Origin: Schmidtea polychroa
Lineage: Eukaryota
Length of the DNA stretch: 64,000 bases
Direction: 5' to 3'
Assembly (NCBI GenBank): GCA_044892525.1
Contig: CM097885.1
Coordinates: 237,214,001 to 237,278,000 of the forward strand
Positions 13,023 to 23,621 of the stretch are shown in pieces. A program made the translations under genes and the position numbers. The notes below the pieces were generated by a model. It saw only the letters and a program-made list of their open reading frames with translations. It was not told where the DNA came from and searched no databases. Position 1 is the first letter of the stretch. Every line of letters starts with the position of its first letter.

Positions 13023-13278
13023 GTTATAATAATAATCAGTTACCCCTAAGCGCCCAACAAAACCAATTATCAGAAAATGACTGTTTTTATGAAATCAATT
13101 ATGAAAATATCAGAAAATTGTTGTTTTCGTGGAAAATTCAAATCCAATTGCTTACAATTACAAGCTATTTATGTATAGTTTTGCAATCGGCAATTCGCAC
13201 CCTGGTTTTGGTTTTGATGAGATTTCGTGTCGGATTATTTTAAGGTTAGGGAAAGGTCAATATTTAACTCATTACTTA

Positions 13279-14222
13279 TGTTGAGGATACCTAAATAACA
13301 ATTTACAAAGAAATAAATAAAATTACCTGGGGGGAAGATCGCCATGACAAACGGGGCGATCTATTGGAACTCAGAAAAGAAAACGGAAGTAAAAAGAAAT
13401 TAAAAATGAGAATGATAAAGGAAATGAAAGGAATCAAACAGGAAAATAAAAACCAAGGACAGTAATAATTTGTTAGTACAAAAGGAAAAGGAATTTTGAA
13501 ATCGGGGAAAAAGGAAAACAACAATATCCTTATCTCGACAGCATGTCAGTGATAACAGAATTGATGGTAGAAGGCGGTCAAACAAAAAAGGGAGAAAGGG
13601 AAAATAACTTGACAGATGCCAGAGATAAAAATGGGACAGTCAGGGAAAGCAGGAGAAGGAAAAACTGGTGGACACGAAATTAGAACAAAATTAGAGAACA
13701 AATTTAGAGACAGAATTAGAGACAAGAAGTGACGCGAATTCGAGAGACAATTTGAGAGATAAAAGTATTGAAGAAAATTAGACAACGTCGGACGAAACGT
13801 TGTTGGAGAAACGATTGTGAAAAAGAATTGTTAAAGAAAATAATTGTGAATAGAACGTATTGAAGATTTGAATCAAAGAATTTGTTGAAAAATTAAACGA
13901 AAAGAAGCTACTTAATTATTTGAATAAACTTGTAAAGAAGGTCAAAGAAAACAACCAGCTCAAAGTCCCAGTTGATAAACCAATCGGTAATTTGTGATCT
14001 TTTGATCCGTTGTTATACACAAGTGCTATTCCTCACCGAGTGTTGTAACAAGCATTGTATAGTCACCAAGCAGAGTGTTGAATTTATTGTCAGTGTCAAG
14101 AGAAAGTTTATTTGTGATTATCAATAAAGATTTCTGTTGTCAAGTGTTACTTGTGAAACGTATAAAGACACGTTTGGAGTCAGAGTAACATTTAAAATTA
14201 TCACCAACTCAATAACCCAACA
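13279..14222 (+). mobile_element. Solo LTR (944 bp)
   Basis: TGTTGAGG...ACCCAACA termini, 4-bp TSD CTTA on both sides, AATAAA near 14123. Confidence 0.75.
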
Positions 14223-14816
14223 CTTAGAAGGTATTGGTTAGTTTATTTATCCGTGATCCGATGACCACGCTAAACATTTTTGGTAAAAGTCTTCAGTGCT
14301 TAGTTGAATTACTCAATATAACATTCAATAGCACTGGGGCAGAAATCAATGAGTTTTTGATTCTGTATCATTTATTAACTTATTTTGCAGGAAACATTGA
14401 AATGTCTAAGGATATCGCATGTTGGGAATATGTTGGTCACATTATTAAGAATGTGAGCCACAACACTTATGGATATGCCACCAAAAATTATTTCAGGTCA
14501 AATGATTGCGATGGACCTAGAAAAACAGCATTTCGATTTTCTTCATGCATTTGCAGAAGACATAAAAGTATGGCAAACAAGGGTAAATTATAATCAAAAT
14601 TACATTTATAATAAATACTTCATTAAACGAGCATCCTTTAGTTATGGAAAGTTGTTTGTTTTAATAATATTGTTTTTAGCGTGTTTTTGGAAAATATATT
14701 TTAACTGCATTTATTATTGATTTATTGATTTTATGAATTTAGAAGTTGAAGACATCATAACTGGCGACCACGCCAAGGAAATCAAGGCGATAGGAAAAAA
14801 GAAAGGAACTAAGAAT

Positions 14817-15977
14817 ATGTTAGAGTCCTTGTCAAAACAAGCACGTGACATGCTAAATTTTAATGTAAGAAAGTTTACGGAAAAGTTGGATCTGAAGCCG
14901 AACTTTGGCTAAAGGATATTATGGAATGGCTGAGAATAGAAGATCAAAGTCTAGTAGACGCATTGGATCTTTTGTTGACAGATGCGGCATCGATGTTATG
15001 GGAAGCGGCGAAAATAGCAAAGATGACCGATGAAATGGCAAAAGAGTGGTTTATACAAACTTTTACAGTAAGGAAAACCATTACTAACAAGATTGTGGAA
15101 CTAGCTCAAATTCAGCGAGGGAGATGAAAGATTCCAAGTCTTCAAAATATGAGTAAGAAGTTTAGTTAAAAGTGTATTTAGCTCTGGAATGTCTGAGGAA
15201 CAGATTGTCCGAGACATTATTTCAAACAGAGCGAAAGACGATAGAGTAAAAGAAATATTCTTATCAGGGAAAGTGACAAGTTTTGAAGATGCCAGGGATA
15301 TGGCAAAAATTCTGGAGAAGATCGAGATGACGAATGACAATAAATTCAATATTGATGCCATAAGAAGAGACTCTTACGCATCAGTGATGAAAAATGGTAA
15401 ATTCGAGGGTAGACAAGACCAAAGAACAATTGTGAAGACAACTGCACATCAACGCGACGAACACCGAGAGATTAATCATGAGAGGAATAGACCTGGTAAT
15501 GGTCGGTTTGTACCAATTGTAAATGAAGACAAGAATGAAAATGAGCGGTATAGAGGACGATACGAGACAGGAGAACCAGAGAGAAGAATACCTACAGTAT
15601 CGCTTAAAGATATTGCAAGAAGGTTATTTAATGACAGCAAAGGAAGAGATTCGCTTCATCCAGTGAAACTGACACCAGGTCAGTGTTTTTGTTGTGGAGA
15701 AAAAGGGCAACGGCGTTTTGAATGTCCTATGAAAGACAAATGTCTAATCTGTGGAAAGGAAGGTCATGGATTCAGAGATTGTGTTTTGCTTAAAAATAGA
15801 AATGGATATCAGAAGAGAGTGGCATGTATTTACGAAGAAGATCACGAAAGAAATAATGGTGATTTCACAGAAGATTTATACAGTAATTACGAAGAAACGA
15901 TAAAAAAATCAATGGATAAACCAAAAAACAAGGACGATCCCATTGCTTTCATTTCGTCAGTGGGGTCGACACAATAA
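14817..15977 (+). pseudogene. gag: Gypsy gag, N-terminal part disrupted
   Basis: Two zinc knuckles CFCCGEKGQRRFEC (H to Q) and CLICGKEGHGFRDC; stops and frameshifts upstream of 15189. Confidence 0.85.
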
Positions 15978-17259
15978 TCAGTAGAAAGAAGCGAAATGAA
16001 GACATGATGCAGAAGATGTATGAGACGACAGACAGAAGAAAGTGGAGTAAGATTGTAATAAACATGACGGCGATTGACATGCTTTGGGACTCTGGAGCGT
16101 CAGTATCAGTTATGAGTGAAAAAAGTTGGACAAAGATTGGAAAACCGAGGTTGAAGCAGAGCATAATTTCTCTTTGTGGAGTATTTTCGACGGGAATGGA
16201 AAGACCGTTAGGAGCAATGACGATAGAAGCTGATTGGAATGGGAAAAAAAGAATTATTAATGTTATAGTTGTCAAAGATATACGTCCAGATTTCATTGGG
16301 GGTGTAGATACAATGGCGAGATTTGGTATTCGACTGGTAGAGGTAGACAATATTGAAGCGTCACAAGGTGGGAGGACATATGTGGACTCACAACGAGAAG
16401 AGAAAGCATTATTAATGCTTGGAGACAGGAAGAATGAACAGTCAGACATATTGCTACGGAAGTTCAAAGGTATTTTTATGGCTTCAACTTTTGATCGCGG
16501 GTTTACGAAAGTTGTTCAACATGAAATGAATATAGTAGGTGGGCCTGTAATGTTACAGCCAAGAAGACAACCAATGCATTTAGAACAAAAGCTTGACGAA
16601 CTTGTCACAAACTTATTAGAAGCGAGAGTTATTAGAAAATGCAAAAGTGCATGGAACGCGCCACTAGTGATTGTGGCTAAGAAAGATGGATCAATAAGGA
16701 TGTGTGTCGACTATAGAGAGTTGAATGCGATAACTGAAAAGATATCTTTTCCAATGCCAGATACAAGATTTCTACTGGATTGTCTGGCAGATTCAAAATA
16801 TTTCACATCTATCGATCTAGGTCAAGTATATTATCAAGTTGGAATGGCGAAGGAAATTCAAGAGGTCACGGCTTTCAGTACAAGGCAAGGACAGTTTTGT
16901 TATAACCGACTTCCTTTTGGACTAGCAACCGCCCCTGCGACGTTTCAAAGAATGATGCACTCAATGTTGGATGGAATATTATTTAAGGGTGTTGTTGTCT
17001 ACCTCGACGACATTCTTGTCTATGGAAAAGACATAGTGGAACACAATAACCGATTAGAGGAAGTATTCAGAAGAATTCAACTAGCGGGGTTGAGAATTAA
17101 CCCAGAAAAATGTAATCTGTATAAAGAAGAATTGACATTCCTAGGGCACACTGTAAGTGCAAGTGGGATAAAAACGAACGACAAGAAGATTAAAGAGATT
17201 CAATATGCAGAAATACCAGTATGCGCCAAACAATTAAGATCCTTTTTAGGTATGACCAA

Positions 17260-20111
17260 TAGGGTGGAGTGAAAATGACCGGAAAAAAATTTTTTGACTT
17301 AGTAGACTTTGGATAGTTATAAAAACTTGCTATGAGGTCCAATGAAGTACTCTGTAAAGAAAAACAATAATTTAAATAATGTCTTGAGGTTCCACAACCA
17401 ACTTTAAAATGTAACCATTGATAAGAAAACGATAATGTATTTGCTATTATTGACATATTATTGAAGTCATTGATGGCATTTAAATAATATTTTCATTACT
17501 TTTAATAGCAAAATATTTGCCACCCATACACTATGGATTTTAAATGCCTCTGGTTTTCCTTTTTAGAGTTGCAATGGCTGTAACCAGAAAGAAAGTGACT
17601 TGTGTCATCTTTGGTGGTCCATCCGAGATGCCCGACAATCAACTACCGACTTATGCAGATGTTATGAAATTCTACAACCTGACAAAGCAGAGACTGAAAT
17701 GCGAATTGAACAATAAAGATCCTTCACATCGCAACGTGGCAGAAACAGTGTCAATGAAAGTAGAACAAATATGGGACAAAGCTTCCATACCACATGTAAG
17801 CCACCGCCGTGTTCATGAAATGTTGAACGTGTACCACAAGACGTTCATGAAATTGCTGAAGCCGTATAAATCTAGGAAGGACTCAGAACCATACAGAGAG
17901 AAAATATCGCAGTTTAAAGATGAATCGATTAAACTCTTTGACATTTGCTCCTGCAAGTGCTCTTGTATGTCTCAGTGTCACTGTGAGAAGTCAAGAAAGA
18001 TACCCACAATTGAACGTGACTTTCTAGAAGATCAGCGGGGTTCACGCTGTATGATCATAGCTGGAGTTGATGAGTTTGAATCCAGTATATTACAAAAGCG
18101 GTATATCCGTAAAGAGTCGACACAGAGGCAGATGTGTACCAAATCTGCCATTGATGACATCGGTGATAAACAGTCGGATGTCTGTGACGAGATTTCTGGA
18201 ATGGAAGAGGAAATGGATACCGGCGATGATGACTCTGATGACGATTGTATAAGCCAAATTAAACAACAGCGAAAATTGAATGACAAGCAGATGAGAGTTA
18301 AGCTACCGTCGTTGGCTTTAGCGTGTGATCGACATGGCGTATCCGACAGGGCGGCAGCAGGAATCGCCAGTGCTGTTCTTCAAGATGTTGGAATAATCCA
18401 CGAACATGATGTTTCTAAAGTGATTGACAGAAGTAAAGTGCGTCGAGAACGTTGTAATAAGCGTGGCGCATTATGTGCCGAAGTCAGTAACACAATCACT
18501 GGGTTATATTTTGACGGCAGAAAAGACAATACAATGACCCAAATTAAAGAATGCGATGGTAAATTTCATCGGAAAATAATAACTGAAGAACATATATCGA
18601 TTATAGCCGAACCAGGAGCTACATATTTCGGTCACATTACACCAACTGCAGGGTCAAGCAAAGTTATCACGGCTGAGTTGATTGCATATTTGAATAAAAG
18701 AAATGTTGACACGAGTGGCATAAAAGCAATAGGTTGTGATGGGACAGCCACTAATACGGGCATTCGAGGAGGCATCATTCGATTACTTGAAGTGACGTTA
18801 CACAGACCGCTACAGTGGTTCGTATGTCAGTTGCATGCAAACGAATTACCGTTAAGACATTTGTTTCAGTATCTCGATGGACCTACCAATGGTCCAAAAG
18901 GATTTTCTGGTCCCATTGGAAAGTCATTGTTGAATTGTGAGAAGCTTCCCATCGTTGACTACATGCCGATAAACTGTGTTCTACCGTCAAGTGCAAATTC
19001 CGACGATTTAAGTACAGATCAGAAATACCTGTTCGATTTGTGTACTGCTGTAAGTGTTGGTATTTGTCCTGTCGACCATTCACTTCGCAATCCTGGTCTT
19101 ATCAACCATTCGAGATGGTTAACCACGGCTAATCGCATACTACGTCTGTATGTTGCCACAAGAAGCCCGTCGGATGAACTAAAGACGCTTGCTACCTTCA
19201 TCGTAACAGTTTATGCACCTGCATGGTTTGAAATAAAGAGTACCCCTTCGTGTAAAGACGGCGCTCGACATGTCCACAGTACGATACTGAAATCACGCTA
19301 CCTCACAGACGAGCTGAAGAAAGTTGTTGACCCGGTAATTCAACGCAACGCATTCTTTAGTCATCCAGAAAATCTGTTGCTTGCGATGCTTACCGATGAA
19401 AGATCAGATATACGCGAGTTAGCTCTGCGACGCATACTGAAATCCGGAAAGCAGAAACGTACGACTTCAGTTAGATCTTTCTGCGTGCCAGTAATCAACT
19501 TTGAAGCTACTAGCTACATAGACATGATCGATTGGCAGAAAACTCCGATCACAGAGCATCCAATCGTAGTGGACATTGACGAAGATACTTTGTTAACCAT
19601 GATCCGGGAAGAAGAAACGCCAAGACTGGATTTCGCCCGCTATCCTTTTCACACCCAGGCAGTAGAGAGACATATCAAGCTAGTGACAGAAGCATCCGAA
19701 ATGGTGTGTGGTCCAGAAAAACACGACGGATTCATTAGAGCACGCTTGGAATCGAGATTGAAAATGCCAAAACTGGACACCAAAGCCCAACATCATTTGT
19801 AGTTATAAAAACATGTTAGACAGTTTGCATGTGGTTTCCCTTCACAGATATGGTTCTTATTACTTGTAATGTTATGTACAGACTGTTAAAAAGTTAAACC
19901 ATAACATAAATATTTTACTTATAAAAAAATGTTTTTTTTAAAGATTATTGCTTTTTTATCGAAATATGCCTATACTTTAGGTCAATTGTGGAACCTCAAG
20001 ATATGCTTTAAATTGTCTAATTGTTTGCCACATTACTAATTGCATGTGTTACCAAGTTTTTATAGCTATCCAAACAAGATATTAAGAAAAAAAAATTTTC
20101 ACTCCACCCTA
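17260..20111 (+). mobile_element. hATm-type DNA transposon, copy 1 (2852 bp)
   Basis: TIRs TAGGGTGGAGTGAAAAT / ATTTTCACTCCACCCTA, 8-bp TSD ATGACCAA, subterminal inverted TCTTGAGGTTCCACAA. Confidence 0.92.
17544..19802 (+). CDS. hATm-type DDE transposase, intact 752 aa (probable start Met 17574)
   Basis: YFDGRKD, GCDGTATNTG, CQLHANELPLRH and HTQAVER motifs. Confidence 0.88.
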   Translation: MPLVFLFRVAMAVTRKKVTCVIFGGPSEMPDNQLPTYADVMKFYNLTKQRLKCELNNKDPSHRNVAETVSMKVEQIWDKASIPHVSHRRVHEMLNVYHKTFMKLLKPYKSRKDSEPYREKISQFKDESIKLFDICSCKCSCMSQCHCEKSRKIPTIERDFLEDQRGSRCMIIAGVDEFESSILQKRYIRKESTQRQMCTKSAIDDIGDKQSDVCDEISGMEEEMDTGDDDSDDDCISQIKQQRKLNDKQMRVKLPSLALACDRHGVSDRAAAGIASAVLQDVGIIHEHDVSKVIDRSKVRRERCNKRGALCAEVSNTITGLYFDGRKDNTMTQIKECDGKFHRKIITEEHISIIAEPGATYFGHITPTAGSSKVITAELIAYLNKRNVDTSGIKAIGCDGTATNTGIRGGIIRLLEVTLHRPLQWFVCQLHANELPLRHLFQYLDGPTNGPKGFSGPIGKSLLNCEKLPIVDYMPINCVLPSSANSDDLSTDQKYLFDLCTAVSVGICPVDHSLRNPGLINHSRWLTTANRILRLYVATRSPSDELKTLATFIVTVYAPAWFEIKSTPSCKDGARHVHSTILKSRYLTDELKKVVDPVIQRNAFFSHPENLLLAMLTDERSDIRELALRRILKSGKQKRTTSVRSFCVPVINFEATSYIDMIDWQKTPITEHPIVVDIDEDTLLTMIREEETPRLDFARYPFHTQAVERHIKLVTEASEMVCGPEKHDGFIRARLESRLKMPKLDTKAQHHL

Positions 20112-23100
20112 ATGACCAATTACTATAGGAAGTTTATAAAAGACTATGCGAAAATTGCGGAACCTCTACATGCAGCTACGTCCGGCTGTGAGAAAAAGAT
20201 TAATTGGTCAGAAGATTGCAACAATAGTTTTGAATTACTTAAAACAAAGTTGTGTGAAGCTCCAATTCTAGATTACCCAAGAATGGATAGAAACTTTATT
20301 CTGGATACAGACGCTAGTTTTGGGGCCATCGGAGCAGTTTTATGCCAAGCTAAAGAAGATGGTACTGAAGTGGTAATTGCATATGGGTCGAGCCACTTGA
20401 CCGCGCATGAAAAAGGTTATTGTGTGACTAGGAAGGAGTTACTGGCTATACACGAATATGTAATGTATTTTAAACAATATCTATACGGAAAGTCATTTGT
20501 AGTACGAACGGATCACAAGGCGTTGGTTTTCATGAGATACACAAAAAACCCGATAAGCCCGCAATTTCATACCTGGCAAACCAACCTTTCCGGATATGAT
20601 TTCGATCTTCAATATAGGAAAGGAGAGGAACATGGAAATGCGGACGGAATATCAAGGATTAAAGGGATGTTATGTGCACAATGCCAGACTAGACATGAAG
20701 ACGCAAAAGCCAGAGTAAGACATATCAGCTCATTACAGAAGACTGAGTCGATGACAAAACTCTTAGAAAAGCAACAAGATGATGTAGATTTCATTCACAT
20801 GACAAGAGTGTTACAGGGAGAAGAGGAAAAAAATGACTTGAATAAAAAGAAATTTCCTTTCAATTTGCATAACAACATAAAATTAGAAGATGGGTTTTTA
20901 TTATTAGAGAAGAATGGTAAAGATGTCATCCTGGTGCCGATAGACTACTCAAATACGTTAGTTAAAGGAATACATACTGAAATGCGTCACATTGGAGTAA
21001 AGAAATTAATTAGCTATATGAGCAACATATTTTTTTGGCCAAACATGCAAGAAACTATACAAAACTGTTTGAAAGTATGTGAGATATGCTGCAGAAGGAA
21101 AATAGTGCAGGAGAAGACAAAGGAACGATTGTTGCCGATAATAAGTTCAGAATTTTTAGAGCAGTTGGTCATTGATATAGCACACATGAAGAATGGTGGA
21201 GTGTACAAGTATATGCTAGTTATCATTGATCGTTTTAGCAAAATGGTCAGTCTGACCGCACTGGAGAGACAAGACGAGAGATCGATTTTCAAAGCCATAT
21301 TGGAGAAGTGGATATACCGTTTCGGAAAACCGCGAAATTGTCTGTCAGACAGAGGGAAGAACTTCGATAGTGGTTTTATGAAAACAAATCTAGGAAGACT
21401 GGGTATTACGCAACAGTTCAGTTCATCATATCAGCATCAATCTAACGGTTTAGTTGAGAGAACAATACGGACAGTCAGAGACTTGCTGGCAACATCATTA
21501 GCAGGTGGACTAGGAGAGCGAAATTTGGCGGAGTTACTTCCTCGAGTAGAATTTTGTATCAACGTGACACAACAGAGCGCGACGGGATTTTCACCATTTG
21601 AAATTGTTTTTGAGGAAGATTAACCTTCATTCAACATTGCCTCAGACGACATTGGATACAGTTGAGATACATAGATTGGTAAGAGAGAACAGTGAGAAAG
21701 CAGCTAAACGAATGAAAGAGATGGAAACAGAGAAGAGAACGAATCGATGTTTCACGGTGGGGGAGAAAGTATTAGTTCGGAAAGAACCACAAAATCGCGA
21801 CAAAGATGGACTACAGTATGAAGGTCCTTTTGTCATATCAAAGTTTTTGTCAGAACACCAGGTGGAATTGAGTGACGGGACGACAAAGAAACTCAGACGA
21901 ATTGAATGGCTTAAGAGATGGGCAGTTCCTTAAAGAAGGGGAGAGTTATGGAAAGTTGTTTGTTTTAATAATATTGTTTTTAGCGTGTTTTTGGAAAATA
22001 TATTTTAACTGCATTTATTATTGATTTATTGAATTTATGAATTTAGAAGTTGAAGACATCATAACTCCTTTAAAAGAGAACTCTTTACGAAGAAAATAAT
22101 TCAAATTTTAATTTTTCAAAAAATGATAATAACTTAGAAAACGATAAAAATCTCTTTTTGAGCAAACGCAGCTCGCCGGCCTCCGGCCGACTCAGCACAA
22201 GTGATACCGCTGCAACGAATAAAGTCTACTTATAGGAATTTAAATATTAATAGTTCACCAAGACCACACTACTCGAAACCCATTCCATTAAGAAAAGATA
22301 AGTTATTAATACCTACCCAAACAGACCAAAAAGCAATAACTCCTAGTCGAATCGACTATACTAGAATTAAACCTATATGCCCTACTACCCCATTTATTAA
22401 AGTAATAAAATCATCAAGAACGCACTTCTCTAAACAAATTCCTACAATCATACCAGTCTCCCGACTGTCTAACTCCAAACCCATGTTGGGCTGAGTTGAA
22501 AAAAGAAATTAAGGAAATAAGATAGGCAGGATTATAAATAAATAAAAATAAACAAAAATTTAAAAATAAACAAGATTCAGGATACAAAAGAAATAATAAA
22601 TTAAGAAATGAGAATTAAAACAAAGAATAAAAATAAGAAATTAAGATAAGGAAAAACTATGTTAATAATAAATAAAATAACACAAAATTTAGTAAGTAAT
22701 AAGAAAATACAAGAAATAAATAAAAAATATAATAAAAATAAGGAGAAAATAAGAAAAGCAACTAAGAAACATCAAAATTAAATTAAATAATTAAGCGGTA
22801 CTCAATTCTGATTGGTCCGCACATATAGAAAACTCATATATAAGGCAAGCACTGAATCAAAATCTCAGTGTTAAAAAATTTCAATATTTAGAGAGCCAAT
22901 TCACAGATAGAAACTTCGAGATACGACAATCTAGTTGCAAGTCACTTTCACAAATAATCAATTAGCCGAGATAGATCGATCATTCAACTCAGCCCACGGA
23001 TCAAACTTTTGACTGAACACTTTTTGGAAAACCTTTCGGTAAAGTTTATTTAGTATTATTATATGAATAAATGAATTTCGATATGTAAACTATTCAAGCA

Positions 23101-23265
23101 AATTTAATGTAATTAAACATTTTCCTCTCTTCATTTGATTTATAGTAATAATGAATTTTAAGAATTTTTATGGTTAAGATAATTTAAATAAGATAGCAGT
23201 AGTAGATAATTTTTATAATCTATATATTTTTATATTTTTATGGCTTCATTAAAATTTATGAGAAA

Positions 23266-23394
23266 CGTGGAGTTGAAATGTTTCTTACCATGGTGTGAGG
23301 GGCCTTCGGGTGCTCAGCCGGTGGGTATGGAACATTTCAATCACGCAGCTGATTCGGGCCGAAATGTGGGGGCTTCCTCGCGGGTCCGTCGCTG
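23266..23394 (+). ncRNA. Conserved two-hairpin structured RNA element, copy 1
   Basis: Long stem with C-UUCG-G loop plus second stem with GCUU loop; compensatory changes relative to copies at 61585 and 63740. Confidence 0.65.
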
Positions 23395-23621
23395 AAGATG
23401 CGCCTAAAATTCACGAGTGATATTCTGGGAAAGTAACACTTATTTAGAGTTTAATCGTAGGAAAGGTAGAAAGTTCGTTAGAGAATTCGCACAGTGATTG
23501 GGATGTCACACAATCGACATATTAGTACTAACTTTACTAAATATAGGTCATCTTTTCTGTCGAAAAAATCTACATAAAAATCCGTAAATTCTTTTCTGAT
23601 TATCATCATCATATTAGGCAT

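Larger units (their letters stand above)
15929..21933 (+). pseudogene. pol: Gypsy pol (protease-RT-RNase H-integrase), split by hATm, late frameshift near 21615
   Basis: LWDSGAS, YLDD, FLGMTN|YYRKF rejoined across the TSD, DTDAS, integrase D-D-E region (VIDIA, SDRG, NGLVER), GPF motif. Confidence 0.93.
14640..22066 (+). mobile_element. Full-length Ty3/Gypsy LTR retrotransposon interrupted by a hATm element
   Basis: 123-bp LTRs AGTTATG...CATAACT (14640-14762 and 21944-22066, one mismatch seen), 5-bp TSD CCTTT, PBS-like TGGCGACC at 14762, PPT AAAGAAGGGGAG before the 3' LTR. Confidence 0.95.

Noticed and set aside
14390..14582. Exon-like block between CAG acceptor and GTAAAT donor
   Set aside because: No clean frame with recognisable homology; cannot be linked to the TTC39-like exon.
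18032..19201. Small antisense/overlapping ORFs inside the hATm transposase (and in copy 2)
   Set aside because: Shadow ORFs of a GC-richer coding region.
20040..20111. N-terminus of the 527-aa ORF as a real fusion protein
   Set aside because: Chance in-frame reading of the hATm right end into Gypsy pol from a TTG start.
23280..23300. Resemblance of CTTACCATGG to the U1 snRNA 5' end
   Set aside because: Not conserved in the other two copies; no Sm site or U1 loop sequences.
23267..23395. Peptide VEL...W.E.PSG...FNHAA.LGRNVGASSRV as a coding exon
   Set aside because: Short with no consistent start, local frame shifts between copies, and substitutions better explained by base-pair compensation; not fully excluded.
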